Numbered from the stretch's first letter, positions 1-11,566 are shown. The stretch: 64,000 bases of DNA from Escherichia coli (GCF_011045215.1 NZ_CP049201.1), one strand, 5' to 3'. The notes: a model not told the origin generated them from the letters alone. A program made the numbers and translations.

Positions 1-2
1 TC

Positions 3-1100
3 GGCGTTGCACCGCTGGTGCGCCGTCGTGGCGATAAAAAAGGTGACACCGACGTCCACCAAAGTGCGCTCGGGCGTTTGCTGCAAAAAGGGGAACCGCA
101 AGATGCGGCAGGGCTTCGCACCTGTATTGAAGCGTTATGCGATGATGATATTGCCTGGCAAACGGCACAAACTGGTGATAACCAGCCCTGGCAGGTTAAT
201 GATGTTTTAACTGCAGAACTGAATGCGAGGACGCTACAACGATTGCCCGGCGATAACTGGCGTGTCACCAGCTACTCCGGTTTGCAGCAGCGTGGTCACG
301 GTATCGCTCAGGATCTGATGCCACGGCTGGATGTTGATGCCGCAGGCGTGGTCAGCGTCGTTGAAGAACCGACGTTAACACCGCATCAATTCCCGCGCGG
401 TGCGTCACCGGGGACATTCTTGCACAGTTTGTTTGAAGACCTCGATTTTACCCAGCCGGTTGACCCGAACTGGGTGCGGGAAAAACTGGAACTCGGCGGC
501 TTTGAATCGCAGTGGGAACCGGTATTGACCGAGTGGATCACGGCTGTCCTCCAGGCACCTCTCAATGAAACCGGCGTAAGCCTGAGTCAACTTTCCGCCC
601 GCAATAAACAGGTGGAGATGGAGTTTTATCTGCCGATTAGTGAACCGCTTATCGCCAGTCAGCTTGATACGTTAATCCGCCAGTTTGACCCGCTATCCGC
701 AGGCTGCCCGCCGCTGGAGTTCATGCAGGTACGTGGCATGTTAAAAGGCTTTATCGACCTGGTGTTCCGCCACGAAGGGCGTTATTACCTGCTCGACTAT
801 AAATCCAACTGGTTGGGTGAAGACAGTTCGGCTTACACCCAACAGGCTATGGCAGCGGCAATGCAGGTACACCGCTATGATCTGCAATATCAGCTTTATA
901 CCCTGGCGCTGCATCGTTATCTGCGCCATCGCATTGCTGATTACGACTATGAGCGCCACTTTGGCGGCGTTATTTATCTGTTCCTGCGTGGCGTTGATAA
1001 AGAACATCCGCAACAGGGGATTTACACAACCCGACCCAACGCCGGGTTGATTGCCCTGATGGATGAGATGTTTGCCGGTATGACCCTGGAGGAGGCGTAA
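3..1100 (+). CDS. recB: Exodeoxyribonuclease V beta subunit RecB, C-terminal part (5' end lies upstream of window)
   Basis: Open frame runs in from window edge to TAA at 1098-1100; C-terminal sequence recognised as RecB; stop overlaps recD start (TAATG); synteny with recD/argA. Confidence 0.9.
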   Translation, partial: GVAPLVRRRGDKKGDTDVHQSALGRLLQKGEPQDAAGLRTCIEALCDDDIAWQTAQTGDNQPWQVNDVLTAELNARTLQRLPGDNWRVTSYSGLQQRGHGIAQDLMPRLDVDAAGVVSVVEEPTLTPHQFPRGASPGTFLHSLFEDLDFTQPVDPNWVREKLELGGFESQWEPVLTEWITAVLQAPLNETGVSLSQLSARNKQVEMEFYLPISEPLIASQLDTLIRQFDPLSAGCPPLEFMQVRGMLKGFIDLVFRHEGRYYLLDYKSNWLGEDSSAYTQQAMAAAMQVHRYDLQYQLYTLALHRYLRHRIADYDYERHFGGVIYLFLRGVDKEHPQQGIYTTRPNAGLIALMDEMFAGMTLEEA

Positions 1101-2926
1101 TGAAATTGCAAAAGCAATTACTGGAAGCTGTGGAGCACAAACAGCTACGCCCGCTGGATGTGCAATTTGCCCTGACCGTGGCGGGAGATGAACATCCTGC
1201 CGTCACCATCGCGGCGGCACTGTTAAGTCATGATGCCGGAGAGGGACACGTTTGTTTGCCGCTTTCACGACTGGAAAATAACGAGGCGTCGCATCCGCTG
1301 TTGGCGACCTGTGTCAGTGAAATCGGTGAGCTACAAAATTGGGAAGAATGCTTGTTGGCTTCTCAAGCGGTCAGCAGGGGAGATGAACCCACGCCGATGA
1401 TCCTCTGTGGCGATCGTCTTTATTTGAATCGCATGTGGTGTAACGAGCGGACGGTAGCGCGCTTCTTCAATGAGGTGAATCATGCCATCGAGGTTGATGA
1501 AGCTCTACTGGCGCAAACCCTGGACAAACTTTTTCCAGTAAGCGATGAAATTAACTGGCAAAAAGTTGCAGCGGCAGTGGCGCTGACGCGGCGGATCTCG
1601 GTGATTTCCGGCGGCCCAGGCACCGGTAAAACGACCACCGTGGCGAAGTTGCTGGCAGCGTTAATTCAAATGGCCGACGGCGAACGCTGCCGTATCCGTC
1701 TGGCTGCACCAACGGGTAAAGCTGCCGCGCGCTTAACCGAATCTCTCGGCAAGGCTTTGCGACAGTTACCGCTGACCAATGAACAAAAGAAACGCATTCC
1801 GGAAGATGCCAGCACTTTGCACCGATTGCTGGGCGCGCAGCCGGGTAGCCAGCGTTTACGTCATCATGCCGGTAACCCGCTGCATCTTGATGTGCTGGTG
1901 GTAGATGAAGCGTCAATGATCGATCTGCCTATGATGTCGAGACTGATCGACGCCTTGCCAGATCATGCGCGAGTGATCTTTCTCGGCGATCGTGATCAAC
2001 TGGCCTCGGTTGAGGCTGGGGCTGTGCTGGGCGATATCTGCGCTTATGCCAACGCGGGCTTTACCGCCGAGCGTGCCAGGCAGCTAAGCCGCCTGACGGG
2101 GACTCACGTTCCGGCTGGAACTGGCACAGAAGCGGCATCTTTGCGCGACAGTCTCTGCCTGCTGCAAAAAAGCTATCGTTTCGGCAGCGATTCTGGCATT
2201 GGTCAGTTAGCTGCGGCGATCAACCGTGGTGATAAAACGGCAGTGAAAACCGTTTTTCAGCAGGATTTTACTGATATCGAAAAACGGCTTTTACAGAGCG
2301 GCGAAGATTATATTGCGATGCTTGAGGAAGCTCTTGCGGGTTATGGACGTTATCTGGATCTGCTGCAAGCGCGTGCCGAGCCGGATTTAATCATTCAGGC
2401 GTTCAATGAGTACCAACTTTTGTGCGCCCTGCGGGAAGGGCCATTTGGCGTGGCTGGACTGAATGAGCGAATTGAGCAGTTTATGCAACAGAAGCGCAAA
2501 ATTCATCGTAATCCGCACTCTCGTTGGTACGAAGGCCGACCGGTGATGATTGCCCGTAATGACAGCGCGCTTGGGTTGTTTAATGGCGATATCGGTATTG
2601 CGCTGGATCGCGGGCAGGGGACGCGCGTCTGGTTTGCGATGCCGGACGGCAATATTAAGTCTGTGCAACCGAGTCGTTTGCCAGAGCACGAAACTACGTG
2701 GGCGATGACGGTACATAAATCGCAGGGATCGGAGTTCGACCATGCGGCGTTGATTTTGCTGAGCCAACGCACGCCGGTAGTAACGCGAGAGCTGGTTTAT
2801 ACCGCGGTGACCCGCGCGCGTCGCCGTCTGTCGCTGTATGCCGATGAGCGCATATTAAGTGCGGCAATCGCCACTCGTACTGAGCGGCGCAGTGGTCTGG
2901 CGGCGTTGTTTAGTTCACGGGAATAA
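1100..2926 (+). CDS. recD: Exodeoxyribonuclease V alpha subunit RecD (608 aa)
   Basis: 608-aa ORF with Walker A motif GGPGTGKTT; length and sequence match RecD; start overlaps recB stop. Confidence 0.95.
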   Translation: MKLQKQLLEAVEHKQLRPLDVQFALTVAGDEHPAVTIAAALLSHDAGEGHVCLPLSRLENNEASHPLLATCVSEIGELQNWEECLLASQAVSRGDEPTPMILCGDRLYLNRMWCNERTVARFFNEVNHAIEVDEALLAQTLDKLFPVSDEINWQKVAAAVALTRRISVISGGPGTGKTTTVAKLLAALIQMADGERCRIRLAAPTGKAAARLTESLGKALRQLPLTNEQKKRIPEDASTLHRLLGAQPGSQRLRHHAGNPLHLDVLVVDEASMIDLPMMSRLIDALPDHARVIFLGDRDQLASVEAGAVLGDICAYANAGFTAERARQLSRLTGTHVPAGTGTEAASLRDSLCLLQKSYRFGSDSGIGQLAAAINRGDKTAVKTVFQQDFTDIEKRLLQSGEDYIAMLEEALAGYGRYLDLLQARAEPDLIIQAFNEYQLLCALREGPFGVAGLNERIEQFMQQKRKIHRNPHSRWYEGRPVMIARNDSALGLFNGDIGIALDRGQGTRVWFAMPDGNIKSVQPSRLPEHETTWAMTVHKSQGSEFDHAALILLSQRTPVVTRELVYTAVTRARRRLSLYADERILSAAIATRTERRSGLAALFSSRE

Positions 2927-3105
2927 ACGTAATTGCCGGATGCGACGCACGAGTGTTACGCCTGCCGCATCCGGCGATTTTCGTCGCTTACCCTAAATCC
3001 GCCATCAACATCTTCGATTTTACGTAGGTCGGATAAGGCGTCCACGCCGCATCCGACGATTTTCGTCGCTTACCCTAAATCCGCCATTAACACTTTGGAT
3101 TTACG
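2927..3105. repeat. REP-type palindromes with a tandemly duplicated ~88-bp unit (REP arm + argA 3' terminus)
   Basis: Palindrome gccggatgcgacgc...gcctgccgcatccggc; segment cgattttcgtcgcttaccctaaatccgccat occurs twice (approx 2969-3010 and 3057-3092), second copy overlapping the argA stop region. Confidence 0.6.
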
Positions 3106-4401
3106 CTGGTAGTTGTACAACTGCTTTTTGCTTTCGGGCAGTAAATCAATATCCACTGGGGTAAATCCACGTTCCTGGAACCAGTGAATACTGCGCGTGG
3201 TCAGCACAAACAATTTGCTTAAGCCGCTCTGCTTCGCCTGAGCGGCAATGCGTTCCAGCAGAACTTCACCCCTTGATGAACTGCGGTAATCCGGGTGAAC
3301 TGCCACACAGGCCATTTCCCCAATCTTCTCTTCCGGGAACGGATAGAGCGCGGCGCAGGCAATAGTCGTGTTATCGCGCTGAATAATGGTGAATTTGTCG
3401 ATTTCCATCTCCAGCTGCTCGCGAGAACGGCGTACCAGAATACCTTGCTGCTCCAGCGGGCGAATCAACTCCAGAATACCGCCAATATCGTTGATTGTTG
3501 CGCGACGAATCTGCTCGGCGCTTTCCATCACAATCTGCGTACCGATACCGTCGCGTGAGAACAACTCTTGCAACAGCGCGCCATCTTCCTGATAACTGAT
3601 TAAATGACAGCGACGCACGCCGCTGCGGCAGGCTTTCACTGCGCCACGCAAAAAGCGCACCGTACCGGAGTTGTAATCACCTTTCTCTTCCTGGGCTTCT
3701 ACCCGCGCTTGCGCTTCGTTAGGGAAAAGTTCGGAGACAATATCACCGTCGTCATTAGTGACGCCCTGGGAAGAGCAAAAACCAATCATCTTTTCAGCTT
3801 TCAGTTTGATGGCCAGTTGAGTGGCAATCTCTTCCGAGGTCAGATTAAAGCTCTCGCCAGTGACTGAAACAGCGACCGGCCCCATTAGCACTATTGCACC
3901 GCTGTCCAGTTGACGATGGATCGCGTCTTCATCAATCCGCCGGATACGCCCGCTATGGCAGTAATCCACGCCGTCATCGACGCCCAGCGGCTGGGCAATA
4001 ATAAAATTGCCACTGACGACGTTGATATGCGCGCCCTGCAGCGGCGTGTTATTGAGACTCATCGACAGGCGAGCCGTAATATCCAGTTGCAATGTTCCCG
4101 CAGCCTGCTTCACCAGTTCCAGTGTTTTGGCGTCGGTCACACGTATATTCTTGTGATACAGCGGTTCGTGGTGATGCGCAGCCAGATTTGCGTCGATCTG
4201 CGGACGTGCGCCATAGACCACCACCAGACGGATGCCGAGGCTGTGCAACAACCCGATATCATTAACGATACTGGAGAAATTCTCATGCTCAATGGCTTCA
4301 CCGCCGAGCATGATGACAAACGTTTTTCCCCGGTGGGTATTGATATAGGGAACCGAATGGCGGAATCCCTCGACCAGCTCGGTTTTACGTTCCTTTACCA
4401 C
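3070..4401 (-). CDS. argA: N-acetylglutamate synthase ArgA (443 aa, GTG start)
   Basis: 465-aa ORF in track; recognised ArgA sequence begins at [14 protein letters not shown] codon at 4399-4401; ends ...KVLMADLG. Confidence 0.9.
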   Translation of the reverse strand: MVKERKTELVEGFRHSVPYINTHRGKTFVIMLGGEAIEHENFSSIVNDIGLLHSLGIRLVVVYGARPQIDANLAAHHHEPLYHKNIRVTDAKTLELVKQAAGTLQLDITARLSMSLNNTPLQGAHINVVSGNFIIAQPLGVDDGVDYCHSGRIRRIDEDAIHRQLDSGAIVLMGPVAVSVTGESFNLTSEEIATQLAIKLKAEKMIGFCSSQGVTNDDGDIVSELFPNEAQARVEAQEEKGDYNSGTVRFLRGAVKACRSGVRRCHLISYQEDGALLQELFSRDGIGTQIVMESAEQIRRATINDIGGILELIRPLEQQGILVRRSREQLEMEIDKFTIIQRDNTTIACAALYPFPEEKIGEMACVAVHPDYRSSSRGEVLLERIAAQAKQSGLSKLFVLTTRSIHWFQERGFTPVDIDLLPESKKQLYNYQRKSKVLMADLG

Positions 4402-4632
4402 GGCACACCTCTTTGCATGATTATTCGAAATTATTGTATTTTTATTCTGTTTTTTCGCAGGGTGCAAGTGTAAATTTTATGCGAGAGCGACTTTTTTATC
4501 AGTAATACCGTGAATATAAAAAGAATGTTTACCGTTTATTAGATGACAGATTATGCGTCTTTCGCTAAAGTTTCCGGTCAAATTAGTCGTTTACTTGTTA
4601 CACAGCTTAGATTTCTTTTGCTCGGGAGAGGC

Positions 4633-5886
4633 ATGTCAGGATCCAACACTGCAATCAGCCGTCGTCGTTTACTGCAAGGCGCGGGTGCCATGTGGCTATT
4701 GAGCGTAAGTCAGGTCAGTCTGGCTGCGGTCAGCCAGGTCGTGGCGGTGCGCGTCTGGCCTGCGTCCAGCTACACCCGCGTGACGGTGGAATCAAATCGT
4801 CAGCTGAAATATAAGCAGTTCGCGTTGAGTAACCCTGAACGCGTGGTGGTGGATATCGAAGATGTAAACCTGAACTCGGTACTCAAGGGGATGGCGGCAC
4901 AAATTCGTGCAGACGACCCGTTCATCAAGTCGGCGCGCGTCGGGCAATTTGACCCGCAAACCGTACGGATGGTTTTTGAATTAAAGCAAAACGTAAAACC
5001 GCAGCTGTTTGCCCTTGCGCCGGTCGCCGGGTTTAAAGAGCGTCTGGTGATGGACCTCTATCCGGCCAATGCACAGGATATGCAGGATCCGCTGCTGGCG
5101 TTGCTGGAGGATTACAACAAAGGCGACCTCGAAAAGCAGGTGCCGCCAGCGCAAAGTGGTCCACAACCGGGTAAAGCAGGGCGCGATCGTCCGATTGTCA
5201 TTATGCTTGACCCTGGCCACGGTGGCGAAGACTCCGGTGCGGTGGGGAAATACAAAACGCGCGAAAAAGATGTGGTATTGCAAATAGCTCGCCGTTTGCG
5301 CTCTCTGATCGAGAAAGAGGGCAATATGAAGGTGTACATGACGCGCAATGAAGACATCTTCATTCCGTTGCAAGTGCGCGTAGCAAAAGCCCAGAAACAG
5401 CGTGCTGACCTGTTTGTCTCTATCCATGCCGACGCCTTTACCAGTCGTCAGCCGAGCGGTTCCTCTGTGTTTGCGCTCTCAACCAAAGGTGCAACCAGTA
5501 CTGCGGCAAAATATCTGGCACAAACCCAGAACGCCTCGGACTTGATTGGTGGCGTGAGCAAAAGCGGTGACCGCTATGTCGACCACACCATGTTCGATAT
5601 GGTGCAGTCGCTGACCATTGCCGACAGCCTGAAGTTTGGTAAAGCGGTACTGAATAAGCTCGGTAAAATCAACAAGCTGCATAAAAATCAAGTTGAACAG
5701 GCCGGGTTTGCCGTACTAAAGGCACCAGATATTCCCTCCATTCTGGTCGAAACGGCGTTTATCAGTAACGTTGAGGAAGAGCGTAAACTGAAAACGGCGA
5801 CCTTCCAGCAGGAAGTTGCAGAGTCTATTCTTGCAGGGATTAAAGCGTATTTTGCCGATGGAGCGACGCTGGCGAGAAGGGGATGA
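4633..5886 (+). CDS. amiC: N-acetylmuramoyl-L-alanine amidase AmiC (417 aa) with Tat-type signal
   Basis: ORF 4543-5886; likely start at [19 protein letters not shown] (twin-arginine motif); amidase_3-type sequence; synteny. Confidence 0.9.
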
Positions 5887-5914
5887 TAAAAAGGCGCTGA
5901 ATGGCGCTTTTTTA
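5887..5914. terminator. Bidirectional intrinsic terminator between amiC and the tRNA gene
   Basis: aaaaaGGCGCtgaatgGCGCtttttt: GC stem flanked by A-run and T-run. Confidence 0.55.
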
Positions 5915-5959
5915 TAGGAGACCAGAAACAAAAAAACACCCGCTAGGGTGTTCAATAAT

Positions 5960-6036
<77 letters not shown>

Positions 6037-6244
6037 TCCGTGGATGCGCACTATACTCCGCTCGCGTTTTCATGCAACCTTTTTTTTACCCCGATCACGG
6101 ATCTGGCATGATTTTGAACAAAAACAAATCACTAAAGCCTATTTTTTGTGCAAAATTTGCGTCAGGGAGAGGCTGCTCATTTCATTAAACGCGGTGGTTT
6201 GTTATCTTCGTTGCGCCTTATTTTTTAACCTGAAGAAGAGAACA

Positions 6245-7342
6245 ATGAAAGGACGTTGGGTAAAGTACCTTCTTATGGGCACGGTTGTGGCAATGCTTGC
6301 CGCCTGCTCTTCCAAACCAACCGATCGCGGACAGCAATATAAAGACGGGAAATTTACCCAGCCTTTCTCTCTGGTGAACCAACCAGATGCCGTTGGCGCG
6401 CCGATTAACGCCGGTGATTTTGCCGAGCAAATTAACCATATCCGTAATTCGTCACCGCGTCTGTATGGCAACCAGAGTAATGTTTATAACGCGGTGCAAG
6501 AGTGGCTGCGCGCAGGCGGTGATACCCGCAATATGCGCCAGTTCGGCATTGATGCCTGGCAGATGGAAGGTGCCGACAATTATGGTAACGTGCAGTTTAC
6601 AGGCTATTACACGCCGGTAATTCAGGCGCGCCATACCCGCCAGGGCGAGTTCCAGTATCCGATTTACCGTATGCCGCCAAAACGTGGTCGTCTGCCGTCT
6701 CGTGCGGAGATCTACGCGGGGGCATTGAGCGATAAATACATCCTCGCTTACAGCAACTCTCTGATGGATAATTTCATTATGGATGTGCAGGGTAGTGGGT
6801 ATATCGACTTTGGTGATGGCAGTCCGCTTAACTTTTTCAGCTATGCAGGGAAAAACGGTCATGCCTATCGCAGCATTGGTAAGGTGCTGATCGACCGTGG
6901 CGAAGTGAAAAAAGAAGATATGTCGATGCAGGCGATTCGTCACTGGGGCGAAACACACAGTGAAGCCGAGGTTCGCGAGCTGCTGGAACAGAACCCGTCT
7001 TTCGTTTTCTTTAAACCGCAATCTTTTGCACCGGTGAAAGGGGCAAGTGCGGTGCCGCTGGTTGGCCGTGCTTCTGTTGCCTCTGATCGTTCAATTATTC
7101 CGCCAGGTACAACCTTGCTGGCAGAAGTGCCGCTGCTGGATAATAACGGCAAATTTAACGGTCAGTATGAACTGCGTCTGATGGTGGCACTGGATGTCGG
7201 TGGCGCAATCAAAGGCCAACACTTCGATATCTATCAAGGGATCGGGCCGGAAGCCGGACACCGCGCAGGTTGGTACAACCACTATGGACGTGTCTGGGTG
7301 CTGAAAACGGCTCCGGGCGCAGGTAACGTCTTTAGCGGCTGA
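6245..7342 (+). CDS. mltA: Membrane-bound lytic murein transglycosylase A MltA (lipoprotein, 365 aa)
   Basis: Track ORF 5948-7342 is an artefactual upstream extension across the tRNA; true start at MKGRWVKYLLMGTVVAMLAACSS (lipobox LAAC). Confidence 0.92.
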   Translation: MKGRWVKYLLMGTVVAMLAACSSKPTDRGQQYKDGKFTQPFSLVNQPDAVGAPINAGDFAEQINHIRNSSPRLYGNQSNVYNAVQEWLRAGGDTRNMRQFGIDAWQMEGADNYGNVQFTGYYTPVIQARHTRQGEFQYPIYRMPPKRGRLPSRAEIYAGALSDKYILAYSNSLMDNFIMDVQGSGYIDFGDGSPLNFFSYAGKNGHAYRSIGKVLIDRGEVKKEDMSMQAIRHWGETHSEAEVRELLEQNPSFVFFKPQSFAPVKGASAVPLVGRASVASDRSIIPPGTTLLAEVPLLDNNGKFNGQYELRLMVALDVGGAIKGQHFDIYQGIGPEAGHRAGWYNHYGRVWVLKTAPGAGNVFSG

Positions 7343-7580
7343 TGTGATATTCTGTATGCCGTTTTTACGGATATGACAGGGTGAGGGATAACCTCACATC
7401 CTGATTATTGACTAAGTGCGCGTTGTTCATGCCGGATGCGGCGTGAACGCCTTATCCAGCCTACAAATCATGCAAATCCAAAATATTGCAGGAGTTATGT
7501 AGGCCTGATAAGCGTAGCGCATCAGGCATTTATGCGTTTAGGGTGAGGGATAACCTCGCCCTTTTTAATTCTGAGGTGCT
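7343..7580. repeat. REP/BIME-like palindromic cluster between mltA and tcdA
   Basis: gccggatgcggcgtgaacgccttatccagcctaca and aggcctgataagcgtagcgcatcaggc REP-type palindromes; small hairpin gggtgagggataacctc present twice (7379-7397, 7541-7561). Confidence 0.6.
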
Positions 7581-8387
7581 ATGTCTGTGGTAATTAGTGA
7601 TGCATGGCGTCAGCGTTTTGGTGGCACAGCGCGTCTGTATGGTGAAAAAGCGTTGCAACTGTTTGCTGACGCGCATATTTGTGTGGTTGGTATCGGTGGT
7701 GTCGGTTCCTGGACGGCGGAAGCGCTGGCGCGCACGGGGATTGGCGCAATCACGCTTATCGATATGGATGATGTGTGCGTCACCAATACCAATCGGCAAA
7801 TTCATGCCCTGCGCGATAACGTTGGGCTGGCAAAAGCGGAAGTCATGGCGGAACGTATTCGCCAGATTAACCCGGAGTGCCGTGTAACGGTGGTGGATGA
7901 TTTCGTGACGCCGGATAACGTAGCGCAATATATGAGTGCCGGTTATTCGTACGTGATTGATGCCATTGATAGTGTACGGCCCAAAGCGGCGCTGATTGCT
8001 TATTGTCGGCGCAATAAAATTCCGCTGGTCACGACCGGTGGCGCGGGTGGGCAGATTGACCCAACGCAGATTCAGGTTACCGATCTGGCGAAAACGATTC
8101 AGGACCCGCTGGCGGCGAAGTTGCGTGAGCGCCTGAAAAGCGATTTTGGCGTAGTGAAAAACAGTAAAGGTAAGCTCGGCGTGGATTGCGTGTTCTCTAC
8201 CGAAGCATTGGTGTACCCGCAGTCAGACGGCACGGTGTGTGCGATGAAAGCCACGGCGGAAGGACCAAAGCGGATGGATTGTGCATCTGGATTTGGCGCG
8301 GCAACTATGGTGACCGCCACCTTTGGGTTTGTTGCGGTTTCTCATGCGCTGAAGAAGATGATGGCGAAAGCGGCGCGTCAGGGGTAA
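7581..8387 (+). CDS. tcdA: tRNA threonylcarbamoyladenosine dehydratase TcdA/CsdL (268 aa, ThiF/MoeB-type E1-like)
   Basis: 268-aa ORF with GIGGVGSW nucleotide-binding motif; synteny with csdAE. Confidence 0.92.
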   Translation: MSVVISDAWRQRFGGTARLYGEKALQLFADAHICVVGIGGVGSWTAEALARTGIGAITLIDMDDVCVTNTNRQIHALRDNVGLAKAEVMAERIRQINPECRVTVVDDFVTPDNVAQYMSAGYSYVIDAIDSVRPKAALIAYCRRNKIPLVTTGGAGGQIDPTQIQVTDLAKTIQDPLAAKLRERLKSDFGVVKNSKGKLGVDCVFSTEALVYPQSDGTVCAMKATAEGPKRMDCASGFGAATMVTATFGFVAVSHALKKMMAKAARQG

Positions 8388-8437
8388 ACAATCAGGTCGG
8401 ATGCGACGCAAACGTCTTATCCGACCCGGTTCTGTGC
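8388..8437. repeat. REP-type palindrome between tcdA and csdE
   Basis: ggtcggatgcgacgcaaacgtcttatccgacc palindrome. Confidence 0.5.
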
Positions 8438-8881
8438 TTAAACCTGCTTCGTCGCAGCGATAATCGCCTCGCTTAACGCATTTAACCCCTGGCTGCGTGA
8501 GGCGCTAAGTTGCGCACGCAATCCCAGTTCATCAAACAATGCCAGCGGCGACTGTGCCTGCAATTCGGCGGCGGTTTTCCCCTCAACGGCAGTCAACAGC
8601 ACCGCCAGCAGGCCGCGCACTATACGTCCTTCGCTGTCGCCAAAGAAGTGCATTTTACCGTTTTCAGCCACGGTATATCCCAGCCAGACGCGGTTTTCGC
8701 ATCCGGCAATCTCTTTAGCCTGCGCTTTTAACTCGTCTGGCAAAGCCGGAAGCTGTTTCCCCAGCATGATCAACTGGCGATATTTATCTTCCCATTGCGT
8801 CAACGGTGCGAAGGTATTGCGTAACGTTTCTGCGGTTACGGTTGTGCCGAACGGGTGTCCGGCGAATTGCGGGTTCGTCAT
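8438..8881 (-). CDS. csdE: Sulfur acceptor protein CsdE (147 aa, SufE-like)
   Basis: 147-aa ORF; start overlaps csdA stop; synteny. Confidence 0.92.
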
Positions 8882-10086
8882 TAATCCACCAATAATTCCA
8901 GCGCGCGGTCAACGGCATTCACCAGCGCATCCACATCACTCTTTGTATTATATGGCGCAAAAGAGGCGCGCAGTGTGCCGGTTACGCCTAATTCTGCCAG
9001 TAGCGGCTGAGCGCAATGCTGCCCGGCGCGCAGGGCAATACCGTACTCCGCCAGCAGCGTCACCATATCGCTGTGATGAACGCCAGCAAAATCAAAGGCC
9101 AGCAGGCTGGAATCCTGGCAGCGGAATGAACGAAAGCCTGGACGTTTCGCCAGCGCTTCTTCTGCAAGCGTTGCCAGGCTACGGCTCCAGCTTTCGGCCT
9201 GGTTGATATCGTAATCTGCCAGCCATTCCAGCGCCGCGCTTAATCCTATGACACCAGCCACATTTGGCGTTCCTGCTTCCAGTTTCCACGGCGCAGATTG
9301 AGTCGTGAAGCCGTCAAAACTCACTTCGTGAATCATTTTTCCGCCGCCCAGCCAGGGTGACATTGCTTCCAGCAGTTCTGGTTTGCCATACAGCACGCCG
9401 ATACCTGTCGGGCCATACAGTTTGTGACCTGAAAAAGCATAGAAATCGATATCCAGTTGCTGAACATCCGCGGGGAAATGCACCGCCCCCTGAGCACCAT
9501 CAACCATCACCACCATCCCGGCTGAATGAGCAAAGGTAATCGCTCGCGCCAGATCCGGGCAACCGCCAGTAACGTTCGACATCTGACCCAACGCCAGAAT
9601 CCGACTACGGGGAGTAATCAGTTCTGGCAACAAATCGACATCCGGCAGTCGCTGCGCATTAAGCGGCAATTTCACCACTTTGGCTCCAGTTTGTTGGGCA
9701 ACCATCAGCCAGGGGACGAGGTTAGCGTGGTGTTCTGCCACGCTGACAATAATCTCATCGCCCGGTTGCAGACGCGGACGCGCATAGCATTGTGCCACCA
9801 TGTTGATGGATTCAGTGGTGCCGCGCGTCCAGACGATAGTTTTATCATCCGGTGCATTCAGTAATTGCGCCACTTTTTCCCGCGCAGCTTCATAACGCGC
9901 GGTCAGGCGTTGGGCTTCGGCAAACTGGCTGCGATGGACGTTTCCGGCGCTCAGACTGTAAAACTGTCGGGTGGCTTCAACCACGGCTTCAGGTTTAAGC
10001 GCGGTCGCGGCGCTGTCGAGATAGACGCCCGCATCCTGTAGAGCGGTAAACTGGGCGCGAAACTGCGCGGGATTAAAAACGTTCAT
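8881..10086 (-). CDS. csdA: Cysteine sulfinate desulfinase / cysteine desulfurase CsdA (401 aa)
   Basis: Track ORF 413 aa; recognised start [13 protein letters not shown] at 10086; class V aminotransferase-type sequence. Confidence 0.92.
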
Positions 10087-10277
10087 GGTACTCCTCGGCT
10101 TGATGCACCGATCGTGACGCAAAATTCACTTTGATACAAGGAGAGTGCTAACCATCAGAATTATCTGGATATCCTGGCGAAGCCGCGTCAGTAACATATG
10201 CTGAATAGTGTTAGGCGTTAATTTTAGCCTGTTAATCAATACTATTAAGATTTATTAATCGCTTTAAGGAGAAGATG

Positions 10278-10505
10278 ATGAAAAAGACTGCCGCAATTAT
10301 TTCTGCCTGTATGCTGACTTTTGCCCTGAGCGCCTGTTCCGGTTCGAACTATGTGATGCACACCAATGACGGACGTACCATCGTCTCTGACGGCAAACCA
10401 CAGACTGATAACGATACCGGTATGATTTCGTATAAAGACGCTAATGGCAGCAAACAGCAGATCAACCGTACCGACGTGAAAGAGATGGTCGAACTGGATC
10501 AGTAA
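10278..10505 (+). CDS. ygdI: Small lipoprotein YgdI (DUF903, 75 aa)
   Basis: MKKTAAIISACMLTFALSACSG signal/lipobox; length matches YgdI. Confidence 0.85.
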   Translation: MKKTAAIISACMLTFALSACSGSNYVMHTNDGRTIVSDGKPQTDNDTGMISYKDANGSKQQINRTDVKEMVELDQ

Positions 10506-10521
10506 TTCGCGATCGCAAGGT

Positions 10522-11230
10522 AATAAATATCCTCCGGCATAGCCGGAGGTTTTTCAAATGCGCCTATAAGGCTCTCTTACCAGCCGCGCCCTAACAGGCG
10601 CACACGATCTGACATTTGCATCCAACTTCGTTACTTACGGCCCGTAAACGGGCTGCCCGGATAGGGAATCGATAACTGCTCTCCCATTTCATCCTCTTCA
10701 AGCTGGTGCTTTATGTAATCCTGTATCTTCGCCGTGTTCTTACCCACCGTATCGACGTAGTACCCTCTGCACCAGAACTCCCTGTTCCTGTATTTGAATT
10801 TCAAATCCCCAAACTGCTCATAAAGCATCAGACTGCTTTTCCCTTTCAGATATCCCATAAAGCCGGATACGCTCATTTTGGGCGGGATCTCCACAAGCAT
10901 ATGGATATGATCTGCACAGCATTCAGCTTCAAGAATCCGTACGCTTTTCCACTCACACAGCTTTCTCAAAATACTGCCTATTGCTCTACGCTTCTCTCTG
11001 TAGAACACTTGTCTTCGGTATTTTGGCGCAAAAACTATGTGATATTTACAGTTCCATCGGGTGTGCGCTAAGCTCTTTTCGTTCCCCATTGGGACCCCCT
11101 TTTGATTTCTTGTTTGACACTTGCAGTTGCCAGACCGCAAGGTGTTTTAACAAATCAAAAGGGGTTTTAATAACTGGCTCAAAGCTGAAAGCTTTCCGGA
11201 ACCCCCAGCCTAGCTGGGGGTTTTCTGTGC
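10522..11230 (-). mobile_element. IS200 (IS200/IS605 family) insertion sequence, about 0.7 kb; ends approximate
   Basis: Contains a 152-aa Y1 (HuH) transposase near-identical to Salmonella IS200 TnpA; subterminal hairpins at 10531-10549 and 11200-11222; no terminal inverted repeats expected for this family. Confidence 0.85.
10631..11089 (-). CDS. tnpA: IS200 transposase TnpA (152 aa)
   Basis: MGNEKSLAHTRWNCKYHIVFAPKYRRQ...HIHML...GSPFTGRK; track ORF is extended 17 codons upstream of the likely start. Confidence 0.93.
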   Translation of the reverse strand: MGNEKSLAHTRWNCKYHIVFAPKYRRQVFYREKRRAIGSILRKLCEWKSVRILEAECCADHIHMLVEIPPKMSVSGFMGYLKGKSSLMLYEQFGDLKFKYRNREFWCRGYYVDTVGKNTAKIQDYIKHQLEEDEMGEQLSIPYPGSPFTGRK

Positions 11231-11232
11231 AC

Positions 11233-11438
11233 AAAAAAAAGCACCGCAATTAGGCGGTGCTACATTAATCACTATGGACAGACAGGGTAAATGTACAGGA
11301 AGTGAAAAAAGGTAGCTTTGCTACCATGGTCTGAATCGCAGACCAATTGCAAACACAACAACACAACATCACAACCGTAAGCCAAAAGTTCACCAGAACA
11401 CGCATTCCGATAAAACTTTTCGTTCCGGCTCAGGAAGT
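11233..11438 (-). ncRNA. gcvB: GcvB small regulatory RNA
   Basis: Reverse complement matches recalled GcvB sequence (ACTTCCTGAGCCGGAACGAAAAGTTTTATCGGAATGCGTGTTCTGGTGAACTTTTGGCTTACGG...) ending in terminator GCACCGCCTAATTGCGGTGC + U8; divergent from gcvA. Confidence 0.93.
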
Positions 11439-11566
11439 GCCGCCACTATAGGTATTTGCTGGTAGAAGCTCAACGGACAATTTATAATGGCTCAGATTAA
11501 AAAAACTAATAGGTTACACAGTGTGATCTAATTGTTAAATTCATTTAACATCAAAGTTTAAAAGCC
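11439..11566. promoter_or_regulatory. Divergent gcvB/gcvA control region
   Basis: AT-rich interval between gcvB 5' end and gcvA start; position only, sites not resolved. Confidence 0.45.

Noticed and set aside
10531-10554. Hairpin + T-run as the ygdI intrinsic terminator
   Set aside because: Ambiguous rather than rejected: element-length arithmetic (about 707 bp for IS200) suggests this hairpin is the IS200 subterminal end structure. It may serve both roles; needs alignment to an IS200 reference.
10706-11071. 121-aa ORF on the + strand inside IS200
   Set aside because: Antisense to the IS200 transposase; IS200 is known to encode only TnpA.
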